Shown piece by piece: positions 49,851 to 64,000 of a stretch of 64,000 nucleotides of DNA. A program made the position numbers and the translations under genes. Numbering within the stretch: the first letter of the stretch is position 1; each line of letters begins with the position of its first letter. The notes beneath the pieces were generated by a model. That model saw only the letters and a list, made by a program, of their open reading frames with translations, searched no databases and was not told where the DNA came from. Source of the DNA: Octopus sinensis (lineage: Eukaryota); contig NC_042997.1 in the NCBI RefSeq assembly GCF_006345805.1, positions 16,554,001-16,618,000 of the forward strand, given 5' to 3'.

Positions 49851-52800
49851 TATTAATAAGAGCTAGAAGCACATGGGATATAATGCATTATTTATTAGTT
49901 GTGTACCTTAAAAGGTTTCATTCTGTTGAAGTTAATTTATACTTCCATTTTACCAGCATTCATATACTAAATATATGTTGTAATATTCATATACCGCTTT
50001 GTTCAAAGCCTCCCTTGACCTCAAGTGGCCTGAACTCTTTACATGAACACCACCCTGTACTTAACTCCATGTCCCCCTACATGGCCTTGCTATTTGCTTT
50101 TGAGCCAAATTAACTAACTAACTAACTAACTAACATGATTGGCTTTGGGGAAACAGAACAATTATACCCTTTATTCCTAACTACAAACTAAGAAGGGAAG
50201 CTTTGTTTTGCAGAAATTATAACATTAACCTGTGCATTTCATGTATATGGTTCCTTTTATAATGTAACAATCCTGATTTTTGCTATATTGTTATAGGAAT
50301 ACGAACCTGTTGATTTATTTTTATCTCTGAAGTTGAGACTAGAGAGTTGTCTGTGTGTTGAAAAGAAATGATATATGACTATGAATTTGCTTTATGTAAT
50401 GTTAATCTAAATCTCATCTCTGTATTGTGATTAGATGAAATACAGTATTCAGCTGAAGTATAAAAGCCACCAATTGTTGAATGAGTCTTGTCAGTTTAAA
50501 CCAGCTGACCTAAGACCTAAAGTGTAACTAGTCAGATATTCAGTGGCGACACACTATTTCTCCATTTGTCATTATCTTTTGTCTGTTACTTGCTTCAGTC
50601 ATTGGACTGGGCCATACTGGAGCATTGCTTTGAAGGATTTTAGCCAAGTGAATTGACCCCAGTACTTATTTTTTTTATAAGCTTGGTACTTATTTTATCA
50701 GTCGATTTTGCTGAACTGCTAAGTCATGGGGGATGTAAATACATCAGCAGTTGTCAAGCAGCGTTCACACATACACACACACACGCAAACAGTTTTCATT
50801 TACCAAATCTACTCACAAGGTTTTGGTTGGCCTGAAACTATAGTAGAAGACACTTACTCAAGGGACCATGTGAATCTGGAACCATGTGGATGGGAAGCAA
50901 ACTTCTTACCACACAGCCATGCCTAATTAAAAAAAATCAAAAAAAAAATCAATTTATCGCAACATCATTTATCTTTATGATTCCAGAGAAAATGAAAGTT
51001 TATTTTAAACTCATAAATTTCAATCAATATTCAGCTTATTTACTTTGCTATTGTGGTTGCTCTTATAGAAATTTAATGTTGCATTTCAAATTGAACTGAT
51101 AGAATAATGGCCTCACTTCAAATTGACTTGAGATTTGATACTCCTGTTGGGAACATATCTATGAAGACTGTGTCATGGACAAATTTAATGGAACAGTTTT
51201 TATCCCATTCAGTTCCACATCAAAAATGCTTTTCCATTCAAACCATAATCACATTGCCAAATATACAATTTGGTTTTACACACACTAGTTTCCATATATG
51301 AAAAAAATCATGTTATGGTGTTAGATTTTTTGTTGCTATTTGTCACATGAAAATTTTCTTGACATATGATTGCATATGTGAAACATACGCGCACACATGT
51401 ATACACACGCGCGTACACGCACTCTCTTTTCAATACATGAAAAATCATGTTATTGTGATAGTTGATTTTTATTTGTGCCTATTGTCACATGATATTTTTC
51501 CCAACATAGTAACCAGTAGCATATAGCAGTAAATATAGTAATTATGTGCATGCAATGAGCATATACATACACACATTTAATGTAAGCACATCACATGACT
51601 ACATGTTTGTTTACCAAAATGTGAGGAATAGTCATAAATAAAGTTATGATTTTTAATAGAAAATCAACAAAAAGACAAGAGTTGACCAGTGTTCTTTTTT
51701 CTATGACTAATATTCATTAAGCATATTTTTCATTTAAATAAAGAAAAAAAAATTATCTGTATATGTTGTGTTTGATTAACATGAACATAAATCAATATTT
51801 ACCCACCATATAGGTGACATTGGGACATAGCCTTTGAGATATTATTGTGATAAACAATATCAACCAACTATTCTTGGTGAACTAGAACAGAGAACTTTTG
51901 TTAATGTATATGGCACAGGCATGGCTGTGTGCTTCCAAATCACATGGTTCCTGATTCAATCCCACTGGGTGGCCAAGGTGCCACCCAGTGGCACCTTGGA
52001 CATGTATCTTCTACTATGGCCCTGAGCCAACTAAATCTTTGTGAGTAGATTTGGTAGAAGGAAACTGAAACTAGGCGTGTGTGTGTATGTGCATGCATGC
52101 ATGTTACTGTCCCCTTGCCTTGATGTTGTATGATAGTTGTAAATGTGTGTCAATGTCATGCAAGCAGTGTCCATTTCCAATCTTCCAAGAAAGCATGCTT
52201 GGTCATGGGGAAAATCTTACCTTATTTGGAAATAGGGGAGGGTTGGTGACAGGAAGGGCCTCTAGCCATTGGAAATCCATCTCAACAAATACCATCCAAG
52301 CCATGTAAGCTTGGAAAAGTGAATGTTAAAACAGTGATGATGAATGAAATAATGAATAATGAAAACAATATGGTTAGGGACGATTGAAGCTAACTTGAGA
52401 GTTTCTGTTAGCTGTATCAGTTGTATTCCAGCTAAATAGTGAATAGTTTTTAGACACCTAACAGCACCAGTAGGCAATCAATACACATACAAAGGAAATA
52501 GTATTGTTACTCTAAATACATATTCTGTACTCATGAGTAACACAGCTAGAGCATATAGATTTGCTATAAATAATGTCTTACTATCTCTAATACCCCTTCA
52601 TGGTAACCACACACCTATAGCATTACCAAAACTATATCTCAAAGGCTAGGTTTTCACTTTTTTAGTGGTACCCTCTTCAGATACTTCAGCCTTGAAGAAT
52701 TGCTGATACTCCAAAACAAATACAAGCACTTGCATATTTGGGTTGGCACTAATTACGAGCATTCATTACTCATCTCTCCCCACTCCACCAAATGCCATCT

Positions 52801-53808
52801 GGATTATTAGCAGACTTTCATCAACATTAATTTGCTGATTTTCTTTTTCTCTCTCTCTTTCTCTCTTCAACTGGTATTGCAACTACTTTGTTCACCTAAA
52901 TCATCAAAATGCATGATGTTCATATCAAAAGCCTTGTTATGCTTCCATTTCTCTTATTTCTACCTAGATATTGTCTCACTGACCAAAACCTACACTAAAT
53001 ACTTGACACTGCCTTTTCTTCCCAGATTTACCATTATCTGGAATTTTTCCCCCTGCATATTTTCCTTATGAAGTAGAACATCAGACAAATTAACTTCATC
53101 AATTTCACATGTCAGTGATGGCACCTTTATCATCCAACTTGTCTTCAATTCACACTCTACCATTCTCAAAAAAAAACAAAAGAAGAATATATTGGACAAT
53201 ATAGTCTGAAATACTCCTAAAAAGATGGGATGGACATGGGTGTCAATCATAGGTTTGCTCAATCAGATCTGAATTGAGGCTAAACGACAAAGATCATCTC
53301 ACAAATTTGAGTAAGTCTTCAAAGATAATGGGTGCTGTCCATCTTCTTTGAATGAGCTGCTTGTATTTTAGGCACAAGGCTAACAATTTTGAAGTAAGGG
53401 GGGTTAGTTGATTACATCAACATCAGTACTGGATTAGTACTTCATTCTGTTAACTCTTGCAAAATGAAGGCCAAGTTGACCTTGGTGGGAGTTGAACTCT
53501 GATTTACTCCCACCAACATTATACTTGCGATAACATAAGTCTAAGTGTTGTCTTTGTTATCAGCCTATAGATCAAGCATTCAAGCTATACTTGATGCAAA
53601 CAGCTTTATTGAAAATGCTCAAGTTAAACAGTAAACTCTGCAAATAATAATGAGAATAAATAAATTTTGTGGTTGATAATTCACTGAAGGAAGCATGACT
53701 CAGTATTAGTCAGTTGATAACAATGTTGAGTGACAGTTGTGCCAGAGATTTTTGTCAGTGGTCTGTTAGGTTTTGGATACAGAAGTTGTAGAAAGAAGAT
53801 ATTAAAAA

Positions 53809-54187
53809 AAACAAGAGCACTCATAGAGCACAGACCTCCTCCAACGCAACACCAATTTCCTTTCAATGATTAGCTAGAGATGATTTTTAAAATGAGAATA
53901 TCTGAAATAAACTCAACTGCTCTCACAAACGAGAATACTAACAATGAACCTGGCCACTCTCAAAAATTAAGTAAAAAAAAAAGAAAAGAAAAACAAGAAA
54001 AATAATCCAGAATCCTTGACCAGTACCAGATCAATCCCAAAATTTAATCAATTCGTGTCAGTCACGAGGTCAAACATCCCTGACAGTTTCATCCAAATCC
54101 ATCCAGTGGTTCTTGAGATATCTTGTCCACAGACAAACAAACATGACTGAAAACAGCACCTCTGCCTTTGCTTAGGTGGAGGTAAAA
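53809..54187. mobile_element. Non-autonomous Helentron-type (HINE/DINE-like) element
   Basis: Starts aacaagagcac in an A-run; body gtttcatccaaatccatccagtggttcttgagatatc; acagacaaacaaac repeat; terminal hairpin acctctgcct-ttgctt-aggtggaggt followed by an A-run. Confidence 0.65.
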
Positions 54188-56268
54188 AAGATCCAGTTCA
54201 AAGACTTGAGTCTAAGTTTTATTTAGAATTACATTTACTACCTTACTTGCAATGGTTTCTTCATATTCAGGCATTAAAACATCTTGTTTATCTTGCAAAT
54301 ACTTTCCAGTATCGGAGTATGGGCCCTGTTTTTCTACCATATAATACTTATAAATTGCAATAAGCAATCAAAAGCTTATATTAATCTCGGGCATTGTTTG
54401 TATGGATAGTGACTTTGCTTTTATTCAACGCACAATGTTAAGGCAGTGACAAGACACAAATTCACAAGCATGCATACAACACACACACACACACACACAC
54501 ACATCATGCAGGGAAACTCTTCCATGCTTGCATAGATCAGACAGAATTTGTTGAGGCAGATTTTCTGCAGTTGGATGCTCTTGCTATTGCCGACCCTCAC
54601 CTGTTTTCAAGCAAGGTAATATTTCTCCATGGCTGGTTATGCTCTCATGGAAAACTGAAAGTAAGAGATACCACTTATAAAGTGATGATGTATCTTTTAA
54701 CTTTTTTAGTTGAATAAATTTACCCTGGTACTTAATTTTTTTAAGCCTAGTACTTATTCTATTGATCTTTTTTGCCAAACTGCTACATTACAGAGATGTA
54801 AACACACCAACACCAGTTGTCAAGTGATGGTGGGGAAACACACAAAGACACATACACACAGACACACACATATAAATATATGATGGGCTTCTTTCAGTTT
54901 CCATCTACCAAATCCACTCACCAGACTCTGATCAGTCCAAGGCTATAGTAGAAGACACTTGCCCAAGGTGCCACACAGTGGAACTGAACCCAGAACCATG
55001 TGGATGGGAAGCAGGTTTCTTAACCACACATCCATGCTGTTTTGTTCAGCCTGGGACTATAATAGAAGACACTCAAGGTGCATCCATGTAACAGGACTGA
55101 ACCTGAAACCACATGGTTGGGAAGCAAACTTCTTAACCATACTCCCATACCTGCACATATTCAAACATTAAAAGTTAAAATTCCAAAAGTAGAGCACATT
55201 GATGTAACAATATTCTTTTCTTTCATTTCAACTCGACAAGATAGATTCTGTTTTTAACTTGTGACAATGCTAGCATCTATAAAATGTTTACACCCCCGCC
55301 CATCCACCTTGTTTTACTTTTCATGTGTCATTCCATGTAAATTATTTTATATATTCTTAGTGTGTCTGTGTGCAAACAAAAGTCCCGAGGAATTTGTTTT
55401 GAATAAACTCATTTGTTCATTTTACAGTTGTTTTTCATGCTTTCATCGGTTGGCTTGATTGAAGCTTATTTGAGGATAGCTTGTCCTGTCACTAGCTCTT
55501 ATCTGTTTTTCAAGCAGAGGATTCTTTTTATTCCATTAGTCCTCAAAAGTGCAGGAAAACCATAACAGTTGGAATGTTAACATTAGTATGTGCATGTGTG
55601 TGTGGGTGCATACAAACACACCTGTGCTTGCACATATGCATACATGCATGTACACACATTCACGATTGGCTTCCATATGGTTTTTGTCTATGATTTTCAC
55701 TCACAAGGCATTTGTTGAGCTGAGGCTCTAATACAAGAAAGACAGTTGTCCAAGGTGGTGTCGTGTAGTGAGATAGAACTTTGAATTCATGTGTTTGCAA
55801 AGCAAGCTCCACATTTACATAACCATGCTTGATGTGTATGTGAATTCATGTACATTATGTTTAATAAGCATATTTAGTGTTGTGAAATATTTAGGCATGA
55901 CCATGTGGTAAGAAGCTTGCTTCTTAACCACATGGTTCTGGGTTCAGTCCCACGGCAGGGCATCTTGGGCGAGTGTCTTCTACTATACCCTCAGGCTGAC
56001 CAAAGCCTTGTAAATGGATTTAGTAGATGGAAACTGAAAGAAGCCCATCATATGTGTGTGTTGTGGAAGGATTCCACCCTCCCACCTCCCGGGTGACTGA
56101 AAGTGGACTGTCTCATTGCTATAAAACAAATGTGAGCAATTGGCAGTTTGTGTTGGTAGCTGTTCACTGTGAGCCTTTGATATAGAGCATTCAGTCTCAT
56201 CTAATAGTAATGGGTTACGTATATATTTTCTTCCCTACTACTTTGTTATATTATATATTCAATACAAG

Positions 56269-56310
<42 letters not shown>

Positions 56311-56313
<3 letters not shown>

Positions 56314-56499
56314 AGAGTTTACAAAAAAAACAAAAGACGAAAACAGGTGGTGTACAAAACAAACAGATGTATTAGTATAACGCTCAGGAATAGAAAAAGT
56401 CTTTTATGTTTCGAGCCTACGCTCTTCTACAGAAAGGGACACAGAAAAAACAAGGAGAGAAAAAAATGTGTGTAGTGGCTAACGATCTATCATGGCGAC
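56311..56499 (-). mobile_element. Penelope-like terminal fragment in (TA)n, inside a split SINE A (55895-56060 / 56500-56740)
   Basis: (TA)n on both sides; minus strand ctgtagaagagcgtaggctcgaaac resembles a minimal hammerhead. Confidence 0.6.
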
Positions 56500-56755
56500 T
56501 ATATATATATATATATCTCCATGTGTTCGTGTCTGTTTTTATTCCCCCATTATCGCTGGACAATGGTGTTGGTGTATCTATGTCCCTGTAACTTAGCAGT
56601 TTGGCAAAGAGAACGATAGAATAAGTACTAGGCTTAAAAATAAGTCCTGGGGTGGAACTATTCAACCAAAAACACTTCCAGGCAGTGCTCCAGCATGGCT
56701 GCAGTCAAATGACTGAAACAAGTAAAAAAAATAAAAGAATATGAAATGGTTACAG

Positions 56756-57042
56756 CAGTGGTTCTCAACCATCTCTAATCTACAGACTCTTTTGATTTCT
56801 ATTTTATGTTCGTTGACCCCCATAACATTTTCAATGTTTAAAAGCTAGTTTATAGATATTTCTTTTAAAGTTCCTAATTTGTTTATCACACATTCACTTG
56901 TGTAGGCTGAGCTGTGTAAAATGTCAAGGAAAGAAACCTATCTATTCCTTGCAATACACACATCTAAAGTAAAAAATTTTCATGGATCCAATTTACTATT
57001 TTGCTTATAAAATCTTATACAGGCCCTGGTTGAGAACCACTG
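56756..57042. mobile_element. hAT (Charlie-like) MITE
   Basis: Perfect 16-bp TIRs cagtggttctcaacca / tggttgagaaccactg; TSD ggttacag / gattacag. Confidence 0.9.
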
Positions 57043-57906
57043 GATTACAGAATCTTTGGTAGTGTGAGAGATCAGCCAACTAAGACTCACTGTAGTCTGC
57101 TTACTTCAACTACTCGCTACCTAAGTTAATGAAGAGTAAATTTCTTTGTGAAAAATATCAATAAATCATTAGTGATGTAATGTCATTTACATGCACAAGT
57201 TTCATGAACAAGTTTTATTAAAAATAAATACCAACACAACCTTGTTTTAGATTAATGTACAGGCGCAAGTGTGGCTGTGTGGTTAGGAACTAGCTTCCCA
57301 ATCACATCCTCCCGAGTTCAGTCCCACTGAGTGGGACTGAGCAAGTGTCTTCTACTATAGCCTCAGGCTGACCCAGGCCTTGTGAGTGAATTTGGTAGAT
57401 GGAAACTGAAAGAAGCCCATCATATATGTGTGTGTCTTCATGTCTGTGTTTGTCCCCCACTGCTGCTTAACAGTTGGTGTTGGTGTGTTTTATGGACATC
57501 CCTGTAACACATGCCAGAATGTATTGAGAATGAATAGATGTATTATTGTTTGGATACTTGCTGTTCTTTGCATGTACCCCATGAATTATTAAAGCTGTGT
57601 TGGTATTGGGCTTAATTAACCCCAATCATTGGACTTGGCGTAGTAAACCATATTACACCTTAAACAGTTTGTTTACATTTTTGCTAAGATTTTCTCTTAG
57701 CAACTTAGGTGACTGGAAATGGAGTGATTCCGGTGAATCTTACAAAATAAGTGTCAGTTGCTCACTTATGCTTAGCTACTGAAGATTGTGGCCTGCTTAC
57801 AATACATTTTCATATGCAAACTGAATATATGTTTATTAGACACTGTATGTGATTTCATAAGCGCATATTTGTGTATATGTGCATATATATATATATATTT
57901 ATATAT

Positions 57907-58180
57907 GCCAGTGCCGCCTCAACTGGCTCCCGTGCTGGTGGCACGTAAAATGCACCAATCCAACCATGGCCGTTGCCAGCCTCGCCTGGCACCTGTGCGG
58001 GTGGCACGTAAAAAGCACCCACTACACTCACGGAGTGGTTGGCGTTAGGAAGGGCATCCAGCTGTAGAAACATTGCCAGATAAGACTGGAGCCTGGTGCA
58101 GCCTTCTGGCTTCCCAGATCCCCGGTCGAACCGTCCAACCCATGCTAGCATGGAGAACGGACGTTAAACGATGATGATGA

Positions 58181-58183
<3 letters not shown>
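57907..58183 (+). mobile_element. Family B RTE 3'UTR copy in a (TA)n tract
   Basis: 3' part near-identical to ~38500-38690. Confidence 0.88.
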
Positions 58184-58241
<58 letters not shown>

Positions 58242-60769
58242 TATACACACACTATGTAATAAATAATGGGAAAGTGATATTGACTTGATAGTAATATAAA
58301 AAGTTAGACCAGTCAAGTTAAAGTTTGCTTTTCCTATATTTATCTTTTTCGTTTTGTTACTAAGGGATTATTTCCACTTGAAGGAATACAGATCTATTTT
58401 GTGTGTGTATAAATAAATTACTAACATTGCTTGTGAGTGACTTAGAGCAAGTAGACAGAAAAGTCAATGCTCTTCTCTTTACATCACACAGCAGTACTTG
58501 ACAAACTTGCTGACAATGATAACTCTGTGTTTTCTCCATAGATATCAATATCAGTGAGTACTGGCTAATGGAATGTGTTGTTAAAGGCTTTTATGATATG
58601 CCATAATCAAATTTTATTTATTTTATTTTGTTTTGTTAGGTTTCATTCAGGCTGACAGTTTTATGGAAGACAGCGCTAACTGCAATTATTATTTCTTGTG
58701 AAATTAATTTTGAAAGAATAAAAAATTTGGAAGGATTTAATAAAACAGCTAGCATCTTCATTATTAAATTTGTGTTTGGAACAGAACTTAGCAAAAGAGC
58801 TTTCGCATAGGATTATAGTAGGAAATTTTAATTTAAAATATAAACATTTTAAAACCAGTGGTTTTGTAATATAAAACTAGAACTCTGGCATATTGGTAAC
58901 AAAAGAGTTAAAGAATTATATGAAGCATATATGTGAAGAAAGTCTCTTTTATAAAAACCTCCGTTTGACTGACATTTTGCTCAGTGTATATTACCCATAT
59001 AATTTATTGATAGACTAACTTTGTTTTCTTGTGGTTCTTTCCAATTGTCAGTGGTGGGAATACAATTAGTTCTTAATCCTTTTAGTTAGGGTACTATACA
59101 ACATATGTGAAGGTGTGTGGCCCTGTGGTTAGGCTGTTGCACTCATGATCACCAGATCGTGGGTTCAATTCCCTGATCATTTGGTATGTTGTGCTCTTGA
59201 GCAAAACACATCATTTCACATTGCTCCAGTCTTCTTTCTGATCAGGGAGGAATGCTGGCCTGCTTGCCTAGCCAGCAGCCTGGTGTCATTTGAAGGCTAA
59301 ATCAGTGCAAAAGTGCATTGTGACCAGTGATGTGTTACAGCATTTGATAGCCTGGTTGATCACGTGATCACTATACAACATTGATAACTGTTCCTGTCAT
59401 CCCAATCATTGTCACTGTAGATTATTTCAAACAAAGCATACAACATCTTTTAACTTGGTGAAATGTATTCTATATTTGGCAACCAAGCCTGTTGACAGTG
59501 TCAGTTATCTCTGAGTAATTCTATCTTAGCTATTCTGTGCTATGTTAGCACCATTTGGCTAGAATGTCTCTGAAGATGTGAACATTATGTTGTGAGATGC
59601 TCACATCTGAGAGTGAAAGACTTTGCCAGTTAATGGCCATCTTTACTTAGTTAAGAAGAAAGTTGGTGTGTCATGATTCTTTGCAGACAAGGCATTTTTA
59701 TAGCATAACCACCCTCTAGGTAAAATAATGTATTGGGAGCCCCTCTATATTGATTTATTGACAGCAAACCAAAGTGTACATAGATTAACATTGTTTCTTT
59801 TGGTATATGAAGCCCTTGGGTAACTACTCAGTATGCTCAAGAATTAAGACAGCATTGTTGACAGGACCATCCAAGATGGATGGGAAGGAAGGTGTGAGCC
59901 TGATTGCTTGTTACAAAGTGGATTCCACTAAAAATACACCAAGTGGTGATGTTAAACTAACTAGATTAAGTCCAGCATCATAGCAGGCCACTGTGGGATT
60001 TGAATTCAGAATGCAGTATTCTGGAGCAAATACTACAAGGTATTCTGTTCAACACTTTAATGATTCCACTTGTCTACTGTTGTAGACTGGTGTTTTATTC
60101 ATCCACCCCAGAAGGATGGAAAGCAGAGCTGACTCTAGTGGGATGTATACTCTGAACAGAAGAAACCGGAATACAGTAGTAGTACCTTGGTTTATGAATG
60201 CCTATGATCATGAATAAATCATGCTTTATATATAAGTGGGTGTGTGTGTGTATGAAGTATGATTTATTCGTGAACAGTGGTTTTCAAAAACCGAGGTACT
60301 ACTGTGTATATATATATTGTTTCACCTGATGCTCGAATGACACTGGCTATTTGCTGTTTGTCTCTTTTACTAAATGTATATCTTCACTTCAGCATTTGTT
60401 GATTTATATTACACCCACTACCCTTCTCCTGTTGACACTTTTATATCTTCTTAAATTGTTCAGCTGATATTAAACACTTATCAAGGGACAATTCTTTGTC
60501 CCTATAATCTTCTTCACCTGAATCTGTTCACTTACATGCCTTTCTGCAAGCCAGAGAGGAGAAGCCTCTATGCAGTTGTGTAATCTGCTTAAAATATCAG
60601 CCAAATCTCTTGCATCACTTGCTCCTTACTGCCTTTTAAAAAAAGGATACTTTTTGTGCAGGGTACACTTGGCCTGGAGAAAAAAGAGGAATGGTCATGA
60701 TTGGAAATCCTTTAAAGACAAGATTTTGATTATAACATATATACACACACACACACATGCACGTGTGGG

Positions 60770-60890
60770 TGCAGGTAATGAAAGTCATGGAGAGAGTCAT
60801 TTTTGATGAGATGCAGTTTGAGTTTGTGCCTGTTAGAAACACCACTGATGCTATATTTCTGGTAAGGCGGCTGCAGGAGAAATACCTGCT
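60770..60890 (+). pseudogene. RTE reverse transcriptase micro-fragment
   Basis: QVMKVMERVI..DEMQFEFVPVRNTTDAIFLVRRLQEKYL. Confidence 0.8.
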
Positions 60891-61753
60891 TTTTATGTGC
60901 TACCATCATCCAAACCAATGTTTTTCACATGGTACCTTGGTTTTAGGATCTCAGTTCTGTTGTGGGTGGATCTTCTTGAGTACAGCAGCGTGCCACATAT
61001 CTCAGTTCTCTGTCATCTTTGTGAATTTTTAAAAAAGTAACTCTGGCAAAAATGGTTAGAATGAAAGGACCTACTCTAAGCTTGCACCCATAGATTGGAG
61101 AACAACTGTTAGGTGAGGCCTTCATGCTTAGGGTGGTCTCAGATCTGTAGGGTTCCTTGGTTGACTCTAGTAGGAGGCTCTTCTATATCAGTAGGACTGC
61201 ATTATAAATGTGTTCATATGTATTTTGTACATTATGTATACCTTTATCTCATTTCTCCACTTCTTTCCTTTTCTTCCCTCATCTTTTATGTAACCTCCCA
61301 CTAATTGTAATCTGTCCTTGTAATATCTCCCTCGTTTAATGCTGTGATGGCGACTTAAAGAAATTATAAGATTCAACAAAATGACAAAATGCTTTATTGA
61401 AACAGCAGGTACTAAACTAGTATACAGTAGCATTCTGTTAGTATGCAACAGCATTATTTAGTATGCAATATCAATTTGTATCTAATTAATGTAATTTGTT
61501 CCAAATTTTCCTTGATCATGTGGTTATTTAGAATTATTTTGTATCAGCAGAATTATTCACACATTTAAAAACTGCAAATTGTTGGTTTGATGACAAAAAT
61601 AAAAATAAACATATAATGGAATAGAAAGGAATAGAAGAGTAACAACAAAACCAAAAAAAAAAACAAAATAAACAAAAGACCTCTGTAACCTCCCCCTTTC
61701 TTTGGAATCAGAGGGCGGTGGTGGGGAAAAGGATGGGGATATGAGTATTTACC

Positions 61754-61815
<62 letters not shown>

Positions 61816-62515
61816 TCATTCATTCAATCTGGCTGTAGGGGAGGTATATTTAATTTTTGAACTGGGTTTAAAAATAAACCTGCCTGACCCTGTTCAGGTT
61901 ATTTGGTACAGTTTACCAGGAAGAGATTTCCTCTGCCTGTTTGTTTGTCATAGGACAATCTCTGCACCTGACTGAGTGGTAATGTTTTCTGTCAGTCACT
62001 TATTGTACTGGGGAAATAAAGTTGCAAATACTCCACTGACTTGTTAGATTTTGCTTGAGATCTTTGAGGGGATTTTTTTTTTTTTTGCTTGATTTAGGTT
62101 TGATTATTTGTGTGTGTGTGTGTGTGTGACTGACTGACTGACTGGATGGGTGCTTTTTGCCTTGATAGAATGTTAACATTTATTATCCTTAACAGCAGTC
62201 AGCAATAAAACTTGTAGTTTGTCATAGTCATCATTCTCTATTGTCATCATCGTTGTTGCTGGCGTCAGTGTGCAGTATCACCACTGTCGCCATCATCATC
62301 ATCACCTTTTAGCTTGTAAAATGTATCGTGTGGGGAACACAAATATCTAAATGATTTCTAATAAGAGCACAAGGCCTTGAATTTTAAGGGAAGGATACAG
62401 CATTTAAATTGATACCATTATTTGACTGGTATATATTTTATTGTCTCTGGAAGAGTGAAAGGCAAAGACGACATTCTTGGTGTGTTGAATTTGGAATGTA
62501 ATGGTGTCTATTATT

Positions 62516-62784
62516 CATCATCATCATCATCATCATTTAGCGTCCGTTTTCCATGCTAGCATGGGTTGGACGGTTCAACTGGGGTCTGTGAAGCCGGAAG
62601 GCTTCATCAGGCCCAGTCAGATCTGGCAGTGTTTCTACGGCTGGATGCCCTTCCTAACGCCAACCACTCCGTGAGTGTAGTGGGTGCTTTTTACGTGCCA
62701 CCCGCACAGGTGCCAGACAGAGCTGGCAAACGGCCACGAATGGATGGTGCTTTTTACGTGCCCCCGGCACGGGGGCCAGGCGAG
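62516..62784 (-). mobile_element. Family B RTE 3'UTR copy
   Basis: Same sequence as 7365-7643. Confidence 0.88.
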
Positions 62785-63886
62785 AACAAATCATTTACTT
62801 TACTACTGTGTTGATTCTGCCACACAATTTCTCGCATTTATGCACTGAAACTCAGATCTTTGCTGAGGGCTACAATTGAGTAAATTTTTTGAATATTTGA
62901 TTTTTTGAATGTTTGATTGTTATTGATCCTGGAAGGAAGGGAGACAAAGTCCACATAGCAGAATTTCACTTCAGACCATAAAGCAATGGCTTGTCATTCT
63001 ACCTGTTCTACTATTGATGACTTCTAGCTTATTTTTTTCTTTTTGTTTAGTCTGAGGTGAAAGAATTTTTGTAACCCTTCCATGTTCTTCCACACATGCC
63101 ATGAAGACGATGTGGTTGGTACTTGTCTTGAACTTCTGCTGTATGGAAAACAGGAGCAGGAAAGAATTAAATAAGGTTGCAGTTTCGGTGAGAAAGGATT
63201 GGGTGAAGCAAAGAGAATGTTGAAAACGTAACACCCAATAGAATAGAACCGAGTGAGTGTACTAAGTGTTTTGTATGAAGGTCTGATAGAGGTTGCAATT
63301 CAGTAGAACAGTAACCAATGCAGTAAGTGTTGAGGAGACAGAGTGGGGGTTATTATTTGATTCTTATTTTTCTTTAATATATTTATGAACAATGGCTTCT
63401 GGTCTAACTTTCAAAGAATAAACAAAATTGAGGATTGAAACTCGGATAAAAGTGTAGGTTTATGCTAACTGAACCTTAACCATTACTTTGACTAGGGCAA
63501 TACAGTGCACCAATATTGACCCAGTCTTTCTCATACAGTCACTGTGCTATGTAGTTTTATTTGTTATTTTTGAATCATTTAAGGCACATCTAAAACTGTT
63601 GTTATTCAACACAGTATAAAACTACAATATACACAATATATATTGCTATTCTAAACTTTGTAACTATTTCATATACAATAAACACATATTGACTGACACT
63701 TCTAAGTCTCAGTCACTGTCTGAGTTCATTTCGGCTGTACCGTTTCATGTAAGTTAACATTACACATTTATCAAATCCCCTTTGAGTGCAGTATTCATGT
63801 ACTTAGTTGAACTGTAGTAGGAATATTTAAGATTGTTATGTCTCCACCAACTACAGTGGCAAGCACTTAAGTGGAAACTAGTTTAA

Positions 63887-64000
63887 CCCTTTAGTGTTTA
63901 AACCGGCCATATCTGGCCCAAATATTCTATATGTTTTATAATCAAACTGGGAATATCTAGCCCCTCAAACCTAACCTACATTGACATTCAAAAAATATAC
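63887..64000. mobile_element. TTAA MITE (same family as 2231-2450), cut by window end
   Basis: ttaa|ccctttagtgtttaaaccggccatatctggcc is the reverse complement of the 2231-2450 right end. Confidence 0.85.

Noticed and set aside
58640-58700. Strong acceptor ttttgttttgttag as the next coding exon
   Set aside because: Frames hit stops or run into a TTAA MITE; no convincing donor.

Overview
AT-rich, repeat-dense metazoan DNA. The SINE/LINE repertoire suggests an octopus (coleoid cephalopod); this is inferred, not database-confirmed. The window looks like mostly intronic sequence of one large + strand gene. The only well-supported coding exon is 22237-22515 (poly-His/poly-Gln N-terminal segment). 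Two CpG-undepleted islands (~17.0-18.3 kb and ~45.3-48.3 kb) may be internal promoters. Most ORFs in the track are read-throughs of SINEs or microsatellites. Transposon content: several tRNA-derived SINE families, RTE, BovB-like and CR1 LINE ends, a gypsy-type gag relic, a Sola2 transposase relic, hAT and TTAA (piggyBac-type) MITEs, a Helentron-type element and a Penelope-like end with a hammerhead-like motif. The most unusual observation is a hAT MITE (34314-34727) whose internal segment is replaced by the first ~100 nt of 18S rRNA plus upstream, probably 5'ETS, sequence; an 'empty' sister copy is at 13031-13290. Three repeat-free hairpins with + strand G-U pairs also sit on or next to splice-site-like signals, one covering a 108-nt exon-like segment with stops in all frames.
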